Source of the DNA: an uncultured virus (IMG/VR IMGVR_UViG_3300037067_020175)
Taxonomy: Duplodnaviria > Heunggongvirae > Uroviricota > Caudoviricetes
Direction: 5' to 3' (one strand)
Virus record (IMG/VR): IMGVR_UViG_3300037067_020175
Length of the DNA: 64,000 bases
Part shown: piece by piece, positions 36,357 to 45,701 of the stretch
Numbering within the stretch: position 1 is the first letter of the stretch
Layout of the letters: the number at the start of each line of letters is the position of its first letter
Notes under the pieces: generated by a model
Database searches by the model: none
The model's input: only the letters and a program-made list of their open reading frames with translations
Told to the model about the DNA's origin: nothing
Translations under genes and position numbers: made by a program

Positions 36357-36602
36357 ATGAAAACGGTTCCCAGTGAAATCCGCAGAGTATATGATATGAT
36401 GAAGCGATCCATGCGCGAATTCCCAATGCCATTTGCACGCGAAGCAAGAGGTATTATGCATGAGCTTGTGGTAAATACACAGATGTGGTATGGTGGAGAC
36501 ATAGAACCAGATTGGGATGCCTTTATGAACGAAATAGACGAACTCTGCTACAAATACAATATTCCACTCATGTTTGGCGCAGTCCGTGGGGAATACAGAT
36601 AA
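36357..36602 (+). CDS. Hypothetical protein (start MKTVPS)
   Basis: TTTATATG 23 nt upstream. Confidence 0.6.
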   Translation: MKTVPSEIRRVYDMMKRSMREFPMPFAREARGIMHELVVNTQMWYGGDIEPDWDAFMNEIDELCYKYNIPLMFGAVRGEYR

Positions 36603-36604
36603 CT

Positions 36605-37114
36605 ATGGCATACGTCGATATGAATGAAGCAGTCGGGGATTTCTTTCGCGCATCCATAGAGAGGCGACTCGACGATTACGATTTTGAATCCGTATTTGAA
36701 TATGCGAGTATGATCATTAACCAGAAACTGGCAGGTCATGGTCTGACATCATACGAAGAATTCTACGATGACTATAACGACATGTTCGGAAACGATGTAG
36801 ACCTCTCACAATATGAAACACACACGGATTGGATTGTTATAAGCCATGAAGATATCCACGAAGCTATTCTTCGATATATGTACGATGTGTATAAAAGAAC
36901 TTTCAGTGGAATGGGTGCGTTCCAAGACTTGCAAAGCCTGTACAACCGTATGCAGAATATATATGGGATGTCAACTAAGGAGAGAGCAATATTGTTCGAC
37001 GAAGTTATCCACGCACAGCATGTCACTGGGGATATATTCGAGGACTTGGATATCGAGGCTATAAAAGAAGAAATAGATGCAGAATATGCGCCGGGATCTA
37101 TATATCAGGAGTGA
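36605..37114 (+). CDS. Hypothetical acidic protein (start MAYVDM)
   Basis: Follows the previous stop; FDEVIHAQH.TG motif. Confidence 0.65.
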   Translation: MAYVDMNEAVGDFFRASIERRLDDYDFESVFEYASMIINQKLAGHGLTSYEEFYDDYNDMFGNDVDLSQYETHTDWIVISHEDIHEAILRYMYDVYKRTFSGMGAFQDLQSLYNRMQNIYGMSTKERAILFDEVIHAQHVTGDIFEDLDIEAIKEEIDAEYAPGSIYQE

Positions 37115-37656
37115 ATAGACTTCAGGTATGTTATCGGGTATTTCCCGGCGAATACAAACCCCTTATCCTTATAAAATTTCTTTTCTATGAAGAACCAGAC
37201 AGGGACTTTCTTCACTCCGAGTTCTTTTGCTGCTACAGAACGTCTTCTACCTTCCTGCTCGTCACGTATGAACCCGCTATAATCATATAACAGGTGAAAA
37301 GCATAGAACACATTCCCCTGCCGCATGAGTTCCTTTAACTTGTCCACATCTGGTCGATTGTATCCGGTTACTCCCCAGTTGAATCGATATTCTCCGGGAT
37401 CTACTCCCGGCGGCATACCATCGTTCGATCCACTCCCACGAGAACCGAGAATAACTTTCTGCATTTTTATATAATCGTCCACATCCACCCAAGCAAAAAC
37501 CGCGTGGGTTTTGATGCGGTTCTCCAAATTAGACCCAGAATCGGTGTATTTTATAGACTCGTCGTCGAAGTACGCACGTCCTGTGTCCCAATTCACAATC
37601 CCATCGAAAACAATTTGTGGTGTTACACTCCGGTTTGGAAATGGATATTTACTCAT
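37105..37656 (-). CDS. ParB-like domain protein
   Basis: QEGRRRSVAAKELGVKKVPV. Confidence 0.6.
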   Translation of the reverse strand: MSKYPFPNRSVTPQIVFDGIVNWDTGRAYFDDESIKYTDSGSNLENRIKTHAVFAWVDVDDYIKMQKVILGSRGSGSNDGMPPGVDPGEYRFNWGVTGYNRPDVDKLKELMRQGNVFYAFHLLYDYSGFIRDEQEGRRRSVAAKELGVKKVPVWFFIEKKFYKDKGFVFAGKYPITYLKSIHS

Positions 37657-37880
37657 CTGCCTTCCTCCATGCGCAACACCGAAGATCCTATAAGTTCTCG
37701 TAGGAAGTATCTAAAATCTTCAGCACTTTCTATTTTACGATATCCATGATTGGAACCGTATTTATCTATAGCCGTTAAAGTCTCGGAAAATTCATCTGCT
37801 GGAATGAGAAAGTCTATCTTTATGTAATTTCCCTTCCTCTTGAAAAACTGTTTGTCCAGTCTGAAACCCGTCATAATCAC
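37653..37880 (-). CDS. Hypothetical protein
   Basis: Coupled ORF. Confidence 0.55.
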   Translation of the reverse strand: MIMTGFRLDKQFFKRKGNYIKIDFLIPADEFSETLTAIDKYGSNHGYRKIESAEDFRYFLRELIGSSVLRMEEGR

Positions 37881-38284
37881 AACGCCTTTTTGTATTCTCC
37901 TATAATATACTTCATACTGGATTTCAATTCTCTCATGGCTTCTTTCATTGTAGGAGACCCTTCATCCGGATCATTTCCATAGAAATAAGTATCTAACGCT
38001 CTATCGATGTAGTAAGAATCGTATAGTTCTGACCACGAAGTGACAGATCGAAGTTCTTTGCGATACCCCTCTATTGCATCGCGTGGAAGATAATCGTAAA
38101 GACCACCCGGAAGGAAATCCCGTTCGTCAAGTATGAATATTCTAGCCCAATATCTTGGGGGTATCCACTCATCCATAGATATAATACCAAGCAATCGTAT
38201 ATCGGGAGATACACGCTTTATTACTTCGAACCAATCTGTGGAAGAGGTTGTCATAATATTATCACTCGTCTGGCATCTTCCCAA
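37877..38284 (-). CDS. Hypothetical protein; start probably MTTSST
   Basis: Coupled ORF. Confidence 0.55.
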   Translation of the reverse strand: MGRCQTSDNIMTTSSTDWFEVIKRVSPDIRLLGIISMDEWIPPRYWARIFILDERDFLPGGLYDYLPRDAIEGYRKELRSVTSWSELYDSYYIDRALDTYFYGNDPDEGSPTMKEAMRELKSSMKYIIGEYKKAL

Positions 38285-39356
38285 CGAGAGAGCTCCCCGG
38301 TTTTAAATTCTCATGAATGTATATAACCTTGTTATCAGTGTAGCACAAACCACAACCTACACAGTGTTTTTGGCAATTCACATTCACTTCCGGGTGTTCT
38401 GCGAGGTATTCTGGAGTATATACAGTAAATACCTTATCGAACCCCTTCGGAAGTGTTGCTTCCACATTCATTAACGGAGAACTTCTTATGAGTTTGAGAT
38501 TCTTAGGCTTCTGCATCATCGCGCGCTGTTTTGGAACCGGGTATCTGTCCGTCTTCATCGTTTTAGAACTTGCCGGAACCCCATAGAAAACATTCTGTAC
38601 AATATCCGGTCTCTTTGTCCACAGGGTGAATGTTACCGTAGGGTTTGCAATCGCAATATTAGCCAGATTTATCAAATGGGTCTCGTTTACAAGTTCACCC
38701 TCGGCATTGAACCGGAACCAATTGTGACCATGTTTCTTCGAAGGCAGTACCCGTGGTATTTTCTCTATGATGTTTTGTGAGAGTAACCGTGTGTTTCGTG
38801 CCAGCCCCGGCTTGCTCCCAAGTTCGTGAGGAGCGCTTCCGGATTCTCCGGGTGTGAGTAATTGGACACTATAACACATTCTGCATATTCTCATACGTTC
38901 TTCGTCTTCTTCCGACACATTCCCGTGAGAATCTATTTTGCATTTCTTGTATGCCTGTTTCTGGCAGAACCGGTTCAGAAGTGGGCTTGTGCTTATTGCT
39001 CGCATCCCTTCCATTTTACCAGCAAGTTTGCTGACCATAATGTCCCGCTCTCCAAGTGGAATTGGATAAGCAGACAAATAATTTGCATAGTATGGGACAT
39101 TTCTCTCATCTACGTGGACAGGGAGATTAGATCTCGCGGTGAGAAAACCCTGCGACTCATAATGCTCAGCAAATCTCGTGATCTGTGGGGGTGTTCTCAA
39201 TGTAGGCTCACCCGCAAAATTGAGAACGAGGAACAAATCATGTTTTCCACGTCTGACAACCTGCGGTAAATCTTCCAATCGAATTATATTTCTGTCTTCG
39301 GGTTTATTCACACCAAATCGCTTCTTTGTCTTCTTATGTTTAGTTACCATACGCAT
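38262..39356 (-). CDS. GP88-like phage protein
   Basis: GKMEG...ISTS...N.FC, CRMCYS, FRFNAEGEL, FTLWTKR and NC...C..C..CY. Confidence 0.7.
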   Translation of the reverse strand: MRMVTKHKKTKKRFGVNKPEDRNIIRLEDLPQVVRRGKHDLFLVLNFAGEPTLRTPPQITRFAEHYESQGFLTARSNLPVHVDERNVPYYANYLSAYPIPLGERDIMVSKLAGKMEGMRAISTSPLLNRFCQKQAYKKCKIDSHGNVSEEDEERMRICRMCYSVQLLTPGESGSAPHELGSKPGLARNTRLLSQNIIEKIPRVLPSKKHGHNWFRFNAEGELVNETHLINLANIAIANPTVTFTLWTKRPDIVQNVFYGVPASSKTMKTDRYPVPKQRAMMQKPKNLKLIRSSPLMNVEATLPKGFDKVFTVYTPEYLAEHPEVNVNCQKHCVGCGLCYTDNKVIYIHENLKPGSSLVGKMPDE

Positions 39357-39930
39357 ACCACCTCTCGTGCCACAATACTACTCTGACATGCCCACCCTCT
39401 GGGTATACAAGCCACTCTTTGGCAAGTTGCTTAGCTTCTTCCTGTGTTGCAAATCCATCTTCCGGGTTTCCACCAAGAAGTTCGAAATCGTCACCTGCAA
39501 ACCGTCTCATCTCCGGTGGTTCGCCGTAGAGAATACGTCTTGCTTCCGCAGCGCTAGTACCACCGAATACACCGGCAATCTCTTCTGGCATGTTCAAAGT
39601 CTGACGAGCAATTCTTCTCTTAGTAGTCTCGAATTCGTCTCTACGCGGTGGGAATATATTCCTGCCGCGCGGTGCCATTGCAGCAAAACTTGCATCCGGA
39701 AGTTGTCTTGTATTGTCAACTATAAATTGATCCTTCCAGAAATCATGGGGAGCCATTACGTAAACAGAATACCCGTCGGTATAATTTTCAACTTTGGCTT
39801 CAAACCCCGCCGCGATCATTTTATTTTTGAACTGTTCCGCATTCCACGCGCTCGCGAAATTCCCCTTGTGCCTCCACATCATCCGACCGGGGGTTTCTTC
39901 CCGTCTTCCTTTATATGTCCCAACTACCAT
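39340..39930 (-). CDS. Hypothetical protein
   Basis: 196-aa ORF. Confidence 0.7.
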   Translation of the reverse strand: MVVGTYKGRREETPGRMMWRHKGNFASAWNAEQFKNKMIAAGFEAKVENYTDGYSVYVMAPHDFWKDQFIVDNTRQLPDASFAAMAPRGRNIFPPRRDEFETTKRRIARQTLNMPEEIAGVFGGTSAAEARRILYGEPPEMRRFAGDDFELLGGNPEDGFATQEEAKQLAKEWLVYPEGGHVRVVLWHERWYAYGN

Positions 39931-39932
39931 GA

Positions 39933-40478
39933 TTATTCAACCTCTATTGCATTTTTAAACGACTTGGTAATCTGTGAAGACGTTGCACCACGTTGCAGTA
40001 ATTCAACTCTTAACTCAGATTTCAAATCGTCGATAACCGATTTCATGTATGCGCGGTCTGCGTCGGATTCTATCCCCCATATCGAAGCGCGCGCAATATC
40101 GATCAATGGGTATTCGTCCGATCTCCGCTTGCGTATCACATCGGTTGTTATCTCAACTCCGACAAAACACCATTGCCCGGCATTGAGAGATTCCATCCTA
40201 TCGTAATCACGCTTTCCGTATTTGCGGTAATCGTCAGATCCGATTCTTTCTCCAGCAGCATACGGGTGAAAAAACCGGTATTCCCTGCCACGCTGCGGGA
40301 GTTCCTCGTCTTCTGGCAAATCCTCAATGAATTCCCCGGTTTCCCGTATAATACTACCGGGCTTTGGGGTATCAGAGTATTGTCCGAGCCAAGAAGTATC
40401 TGCATCACAATCCCCGACTATCGATATTTTTGTATCTCCGAGTGTGATTTTCTCTCTATTAATTGCGCGACGTGTCAT
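39933..40478 (-). CDS. Hypothetical phage-type protein
   Basis: D.DAD.SWLG.Y; W.FVGV; ASIWGIESD. Confidence 0.7.
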   Translation of the reverse strand: MTRRAINREKITLGDTKISIVGDCDADTSWLGQYSDTPKPGSIIRETGEFIEDLPEDEELPQRGREYRFFHPYAAGERIGSDDYRKYGKRDYDRMESLNAGQWCFVGVEITTDVIRKRRSDEYPLIDIARASIWGIESDADRAYMKSVIDDLKSELRVELLQRGATSSQITKSFKNAIEVE

Positions 40479-40531
40479 GGGTTTCTATTTCACACACAAG
40501 ATATTTAAACTTACCGTGTATAGAGTTACCT

Positions 40532-41959
40532 ATGTCTACTGCTGGAAAACGCGCATTCAGGTATATCAAGATTAACGGAGAATCCACACTCCTTCAGATT
40601 TCGGATGGTATTGGAATGCCACCCGATGAAGTAAGATTGGCACTCGACGGATACGTGGAATCCGGATTTATAAAATTCAACCCAGATACCAAAACGTATA
40701 AGGTCAAATTCTATCTCACGCCTTCGATCCCAACAACAGAAACTACAACCACACGGTTTTGGAGTTATGAAGCAATAAAAAACGAGCAGCAGAAACAACA
40801 AGGGGATTTGAGTAAAGGGTCTATAAAACTCGAATCAACCGCAATCCCAAGAAAGTGGAGAAATCCATACCTTGCATATCTCCCACGCAGAATATCACAG
40901 GGTGATCGTGGAACCTGTGTTGGTTTTGCAGCAGCAATAAGTTTGACCCTACTATATTACAAACTCACGCAAGACCTCCCAACACAGGGTGATCTTAATG
41001 CGGCTATGAGAGATGTAAGTGTGGATATCGGGTGTGCAAATAAAAAACCATTCGTATGCGACAGGTTCGATAAGAGATGGAAAAGCCCACAATTCATATA
41101 CGATGTCAGCAGAATTGTTGGAAATGTCACAGAGCCTTCTGGGTCTTACGTGAGCGATGCTGCCAAAACATGTGTAAAATATGGTGCAGTATTCGAAACA
41201 GAGTGTAATACCGCGAAAACACCAACATGTGTGCCTCAGTGGTATCCCCACCTTCCCGGAGAAACGGCATCACAATCGAAAGAACGTTTATTAAAATCGG
41301 CTTCTGGGCACAAATGCAAAGGATTTGCACAAATAACAACATTCGAGGGTATCTGTGAAGCGGTATATACCCACGGATCTGTGATGCTCCCAATAGATAT
41401 TTATGAAAATTATACTTCGAACGGGTGTGCCGGATTATACCCGGATCCTCGCGGATCTAATGTTGGTGGTCATGCACAGTGTGTTGTCGGGTATGATCTT
41501 GATGCCAGAACCCTTGAGTTCAGACAATCTTGGGGAGATGACTGGACGGAAGATGGTGGAATATCCGAGAGATATTACAATATCGCCGCAAGTGCAGCAT
41601 TTGTCATACTCGACGACGAAGAAACGCGGATTGGGAATGTGTTATATACGCATATTACCGTAAGCTCAAACGTCCCATGCAATTTTACGATAAATGGAGA
41701 ACAACACACATTTAATGACAGAACGGTAATGCTCGAACGTGGAATACCACACACAATCGTTGCAACACCTATAGACCCATTAAAGATCGTAGAACTTAAT
41801 CAATCAACAACAATAACGCCAGAAGGAGAGTTTGGGGGTGTTTTATTCACATTCGCATTTAAACCCATACCGATCCCAACACCACCTCCTAAAAACGAAC
41901 TGGTTACGAGGATAATGGCATTATTGAGAAAAATGATCGAGATGTTGACCAAAAGATAA
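40532..41959 (+). CDS. Papain-like (C1) cysteine peptidase with N-terminal winged helix
   Basis: QGDRGTCVGFA, GGHAQCVVGYD and QSWG..W; TATA about 22 nt before ATG 40532. Confidence 0.85.
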   Translation: MSTAGKRAFRYIKINGESTLLQISDGIGMPPDEVRLALDGYVESGFIKFNPDTKTYKVKFYLTPSIPTTETTTTRFWSYEAIKNEQQKQQGDLSKGSIKLESTAIPRKWRNPYLAYLPRRISQGDRGTCVGFAAAISLTLLYYKLTQDLPTQGDLNAAMRDVSVDIGCANKKPFVCDRFDKRWKSPQFIYDVSRIVGNVTEPSGSYVSDAAKTCVKYGAVFETECNTAKTPTCVPQWYPHLPGETASQSKERLLKSASGHKCKGFAQITTFEGICEAVYTHGSVMLPIDIYENYTSNGCAGLYPDPRGSNVGGHAQCVVGYDLDARTLEFRQSWGDDWTEDGGISERYYNIAASAAFVILDDEETRIGNVLYTHITVSSNVPCNFTINGEQHTFNDRTVMLERGIPHTIVATPIDPLKIVELNQSTTITPEGEFGGVLFTFAFKPIPIPTPPPKNELVTRIMALLRKMIEMLTKR

Positions 41960-42285
41960 TTTTTTTTATCTACAGTGATGACACTTCGAACAAGTAATTG
42001 TGTATTTTCCGTCGTTAAGTATAGCCAACTGTTTGAGTGCGTAGTCTGGGTCTCTCATCTCGTCTGTTATTAACAACGGATCAACGAACTGTGGCTCTTT
42101 GAATAAAGCAACATTTTTCATACGATCACCGGTATTTTTTAAAGTCTTCCATATCGTAAACAACGTTAAGGAAACGGAAATTATACTTCTCGTCTGCAAT
42201 CATAAATTCCCGTACCACCATGTTGAAATCTTGTCCATCCCCGATATTGAAAAGATATGCGTTTTTTTCAAGTAGTGCCATACCA

Positions 42286-42486
42286 TCACGCAATCCTATA
42301 ATAATACCTATGCCCATTCGGAGACCGCTTGAAATCGAAGTACGCAGTTTCTCCGGTTTTCTTGTTTTTGCAAATGCACGTTCCCATACAGAACTCTTCC
42401 ACGACGTATTTTCTCTGTATTGCAAGATTACGGTATACTTCCTTGTAGTCTTTCTTGAGCTGACGAACAAATGAGGATTCTGTCAT
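42286..42486 (-). CDS. Hypothetical protein
   Basis: TATA-like box upstream. Confidence 0.55.
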   Translation of the reverse strand: MTESSFVRQLKKDYKEVYRNLAIQRKYVVEEFCMGTCICKNKKTGETAYFDFKRSPNGHRYYYRIA

Positions 42487-42520
42487 AAATAATACTGTGG
42501 TTTGGAATATTTATATATTT

Positions 42521-43261
42521 CTATAGTATAAACTCGACCTGACTTGGGTAAACGTTATAATCAGTACCACCCTTTTTCCACTTCACAGTCATAAAACCCG
42601 GTTCTCCGTGGTGATACTGTTGTGAAATTTCCGGTGGTAACTCCCGATACTCTCTGAATATTCCAATCATCCCATCAGATTTGCGCACTACTTTACTACC
42701 AATATCTCCCGGTTTTGATAACCCCTCGTCTATCAGGTATATAAGATCCGGATTATAAACGCATACTTGGTCTCCGTCGAGAAGTTTGAACAGGCTCTTT
42801 CCCTTGAACCAAACAACATCATGTTTGCTGCTCAAAGTGTCTGTAAGACCCTGCGTAGCGGCAACTCTGTCCACCATCGCAAGTTCTGGGTCATACCCGT
42901 TTTTAATCCACCAATTCATCATCGTATGCGCAGAACCAAAGTTTATAATCTCTGTCGGTGGAGTTGCGATATAGTATTCCTTCAGACCGCGCACAGAATT
43001 TCCATTATACATTTTCCCGATATTCTTGTTAGTTGTAAAATATACACCGTACCCGAGGTGATGAACTGGTGGCGGAATCCCGTTGTAATACGCCATATTG
43101 AGATACCCATTCTGCGTGCACCCTGATCGTTCAGAACCCACGAATATTTTGAATCCGTCGCGCTGAATATCGAGTCTGCATTTCTCGCTTGTCCCGTGGT
43201 AAACCGGATATTCCCAAAAGTGGTTGTCCTTTGCAAACTGCAACGAGCACGTGTTTATCAT
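42521..43261 (-). CDS. ADP-ribosyltransferase-like (H-Y type) domain protein
   Basis: VYHGT, LGYGVYFT...Y and QVCVYNP; start set at MINTC. Confidence 0.6.
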   Translation of the reverse strand: MINTCSLQFAKDNHFWEYPVYHGTSEKCRLDIQRDGFKIFVGSERSGCTQNGYLNMAYYNGIPPPVHHLGYGVYFTTNKNIGKMYNGNSVRGLKEYYIATPPTEIINFGSAHTMMNWWIKNGYDPELAMVDRVAATQGLTDTLSSKHDVVWFKGKSLFKLLDGDQVCVYNPDLIYLIDEGLSKPGDIGSKVVRKSDGMIGIFREYRELPPEISQQYHHGEPGFMTVKWKKGGTDYNVYPSQVEFIL

Positions 43262-43269
43262 GATCTTGT

Positions 43270-43821
43270 CTAAAAGTGACCGAGCCTCATTCTCGCACAG
43301 TCCTGCACTCTCTTTGGCAAATCGGCAAATGATATTTTCTTGCCATTGTGACGACCACGAACTCCCGAAAACCAAGAGTTCACACCGTTGGGCATATTGC
43401 AATCGTCTGATAATCCGAGACACATATCTTCTCCAATCTGGTCTTCAACGAATATTGAATACCTGTCTGCGGTTTTACCACCGTTGTCATATATATCCAG
43501 AACGTGTCTAAGAAAGTCGTGTGCCTCGTCATCCTGCGAGAAGTATCCGGGATCTTCAACAAGTTTCCCTTCGTGAGAATCGAGCCACACAATCGAACTA
43601 TAAATTTGAGCCCCTGTTATATCACTATCATCTATGTTAACATATCTTGTTTTGGACTTCGGAAGAAGTTTTCCACTCCATCCGAACGATTCCGCAAGTG
43701 ATGGAAAATCGTAATCTACCTGAACAAGTACATCCCTGCCGGTGTTCTGGTCTACAACGAGATATCCACCCATGCGGAGAGATTCGTAATAAATAGGGTT
43801 TCGTATTTTGCGGCGTGCCAT
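43270..43821 (-). CDS. Hypothetical phage-type protein
   Basis: YDNGGKTADRY...GK.I.F.DLP..VQ; TATA 22 nt upstream. Confidence 0.7.
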   Translation of the reverse strand: MARRKIRNPIYYESLRMGGYLVVDQNTGRDVLVQVDYDFPSLAESFGWSGKLLPKSKTRYVNIDDSDITGAQIYSSIVWLDSHEGKLVEDPGYFSQDDEAHDFLRHVLDIYDNGGKTADRYSIFVEDQIGEDMCLGLSDDCNMPNGVNSWFSGVRGRHNGKKISFADLPKRVQDCARMRLGHF

Positions 43822-43842
43822 ACATATTAGTAAAATGTAAAG

Positions 43843-43860
43843 TATTTAAATATATCTAAA
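43843..43860 (-). promoter_or_regulatory. Leaderless promoter, identical to 44063-44080
   Basis: TTTAGATATATTTAAATA ending 22 nt from the ATG. Confidence 0.7.
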
Positions 43861-44041
43861 AATTGTATCTGAACTTACTGACTGGTTGACCAAGCATCTC
43901 TCTGAGCTCTGCATTCTCTCTCTGCAACCTGACACACATGTCCTCTAAAGTCACAATGGCGTCCATCATATCGTCTGTATCTACGAACCTGCCGTAAAGA
44001 AAAGAATTGTTGGTATTAATTTTTTTTGGGATCTTCGGCAT
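43856..44041 (-). CDS. Small coiled-coil protein
   Basis: Has its own TATA. Confidence 0.65.
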   Translation of the reverse strand: MPKIPKKINTNNSFLYGRFVDTDDMMDAIVTLEDMCVRLQRENAELREMLGQPVSKFRYNF

Positions 44042-44062
44042 ATTTATAAATCAGGCTCAAGT

Positions 44063-44080
44063 TATTTAAATATATCTAAA
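44063..44080 (-). promoter_or_regulatory. Leaderless promoter, identical to 43843-43860
   Basis: TTTAGATATATTTAAATA ending 22 nt from the ATG. Confidence 0.7.
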
Positions 44081-44438
44081 TCTGTTCTGGTATTGTGAGT
44101 TTTACGAGAGCATATAAACACGTCAGAACCACTTCATTTCTGTCCTGATCTTTCCCTACAACAATCGAGTTATCAGAATCGGAAAACCCTTCTACGATAT
44201 CCGACAATTTTTCTGCGCACAGTGCGTGGAGTTTTTCATTTAGAAAAACGGGCTGTGGGAAATATTCATTCCCCTTACGTATTATAAGCCCGGAATCTAC
44301 AAGAAACGGTAAGTGGTATGCCACGCGCTGTTGATCCATATTCATCTTTTGTGCTATTGATGATAATGTCATGATCTTTTTTGCAGATACGAGAATCTTG
44401 AATATCTCGTATCGCGTATCACTACCACCAGAAACCAT
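44076..44438 (-). CDS. Winged-helix (ArsR-like) regulator
   Basis: TRYEIFKIL...TLSSIAQKM...QQRVAYHL..L.DSGLI. Confidence 0.8.
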   Translation of the reverse strand: MVSGGSDTRYEIFKILVSAKKIMTLSSIAQKMNMDQQRVAYHLPFLVDSGLIIRKGNEYFPQPVFLNEKLHALCAEKLSDIVEGFSDSDNSIVVGKDQDRNEVVLTCLYALVKLTIPEQI

Positions 44439-44439
44439 A

Positions 44440-44769
44440 TTACTCGTCTATAATATATTTCACTCCGGTTCGCGATGATGCTTCTGGAGTAAGTTCCACT
44501 ATGAACATAGGTGCTTCCTGTATCCCAAGTGCGGTCAACATTTCAAATCCCTTATCATCCCCAACGTCAGTTGCCTTCATCTTCCCAGATGCAAAATCCT
44601 TTTTAAAGTCCTTCTTGATCTGAGCACATGTTGGGCACCCATCCGCAGTGAGAAGCCATCGCTGCGCAATATCAGACTCTCTGAACGAAATGATATTCGT
44701 TCTAACGTCTTGACTTTGGCTTGCGTTTTTGCGCTGGTTTGCGCGCGGTTCGTTTAGTTTTCGTACCAT
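44440..44769 (-). CDS. Thioredoxin/glutaredoxin-like protein
   Basis: CPTC motif and GIQEAPMF cis-Pro loop. Confidence 0.7.
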   Translation of the reverse strand: MVRKLNEPRANQRKNASQSQDVRTNIISFRESDIAQRWLLTADGCPTCAQIKKDFKKDFASGKMKATDVGDDKGFEMLTALGIQEAPMFIVELTPEASSRTGVKYIIDE

Positions 44770-45307
44770 TTTCGTCTCCTACCCCTTTGAAGTAATCAGA
44801 TTCCAGTATAGGAACCGGAGGTCTGAATTTCTCCACAATGTGATCTACTTGTTTTTTCTGATTCTTGTTCAGAGTTTCCCATTTCGCATCGGGTGGAAGC
44901 TCTCCCATATCCTTCATTCTCTGAATCGCGAGAAGTTTCTCGCTAGTTTCAAGGATCTCCTGAGTTTTATCCGAAACGATGTTGATTGTATCCGCAAGTG
45001 TCGCCTTGCAGACACCACACTTCGAAAGCTTCTGTGCCTTTTCAAGTTCAGACAAAGCCATCCGAACGTGATCGTTGGCTTCGCGTGTTTCGGCAGTAAT
45101 CTGCTCGCGCGGGGTTGCATACCTCGGAGCATCTGGTATTCTATTCTCTTCAACGATTTTGAGCAACCGATCATGATGCTCGTTCATCTCCTTAGATCTG
45201 TCGCCAGTGCTCTCACCCATTATCATATTAAGAATCCCATCAACGCATATGTTCACAATTTGCGCGATTGGTGCGGGTTCACTTTCCGTTGGCATTCTGA
45301 ACACCAT
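44702..45307 (-). CDS. Hypothetical helical protein
   Basis: CGVC; basic tail. Confidence 0.65.
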   Translation of the reverse strand: MVFRMPTESEPAPIAQIVNICVDGILNMIMGESTGDRSKEMNEHHDRLLKIVEENRIPDAPRYATPREQITAETREANDHVRMALSELEKAQKLSKCGVCKATLADTINIVSDKTQEILETSEKLLAIQRMKDMGELPPDAKWETLNKNQKKQVDHIVEKFRPPVPILESDYFKGVGDENGTKTKRTARKPAQKRKPKSRR

Positions 45308-45680
45308 CCAAAATCTCGTTGACTTGTTTCTTCAACCATATTTTACCAGAGTCCTCTGGAAGATTATTCACGATGTTGTAATACACCGGATGATCTTCCT
45401 TGAGCCAGATCATGACAATTTTATCGAATCCACCGTACTGTGTTTCGACAATCGATCTCGCTTCTTTTATACCAGAAGACACAAAAGGTGGAAGAGTGTC
45501 TGTATAAGACATTATATCCCCTTCAACCGTTCCCCAGAGCGACGTGTCGGTCTTTATCGCTTCGACAAGCTGCTGTGGGGTTGTTTCTTTAAGCGCACGA
45601 TTCAGCATACCACGGATTACGTCTATAACCATAGTTGCCATGAATCCTCCTTTCAGCGCATCCTTGTCGAATAGTCCCAT
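45279..45680 (-). CDS. Hypothetical protein
   Basis: 133-aa ORF in operon-like run. Confidence 0.7.
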   Translation of the reverse strand: MGLFDKDALKGGFMATMVIDVIRGMLNRALKETTPQQLVEAIKTDTSLWGTVEGDIMSYTDTLPPFVSSGIKEARSIVETQYGGFDKIVMIWLKEDHPVYYNIVNNLPEDSGKIWLKKQVNEILDGVQNANGK

Positions 45681-45701
45681 TGTATCACTTATCTCTCATA
45701 T

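Noticed and set aside
39178..40206. 342-aa plus-strand ORF
   Set aside because: Antisense to three coupled minus-strand genes and has no motifs
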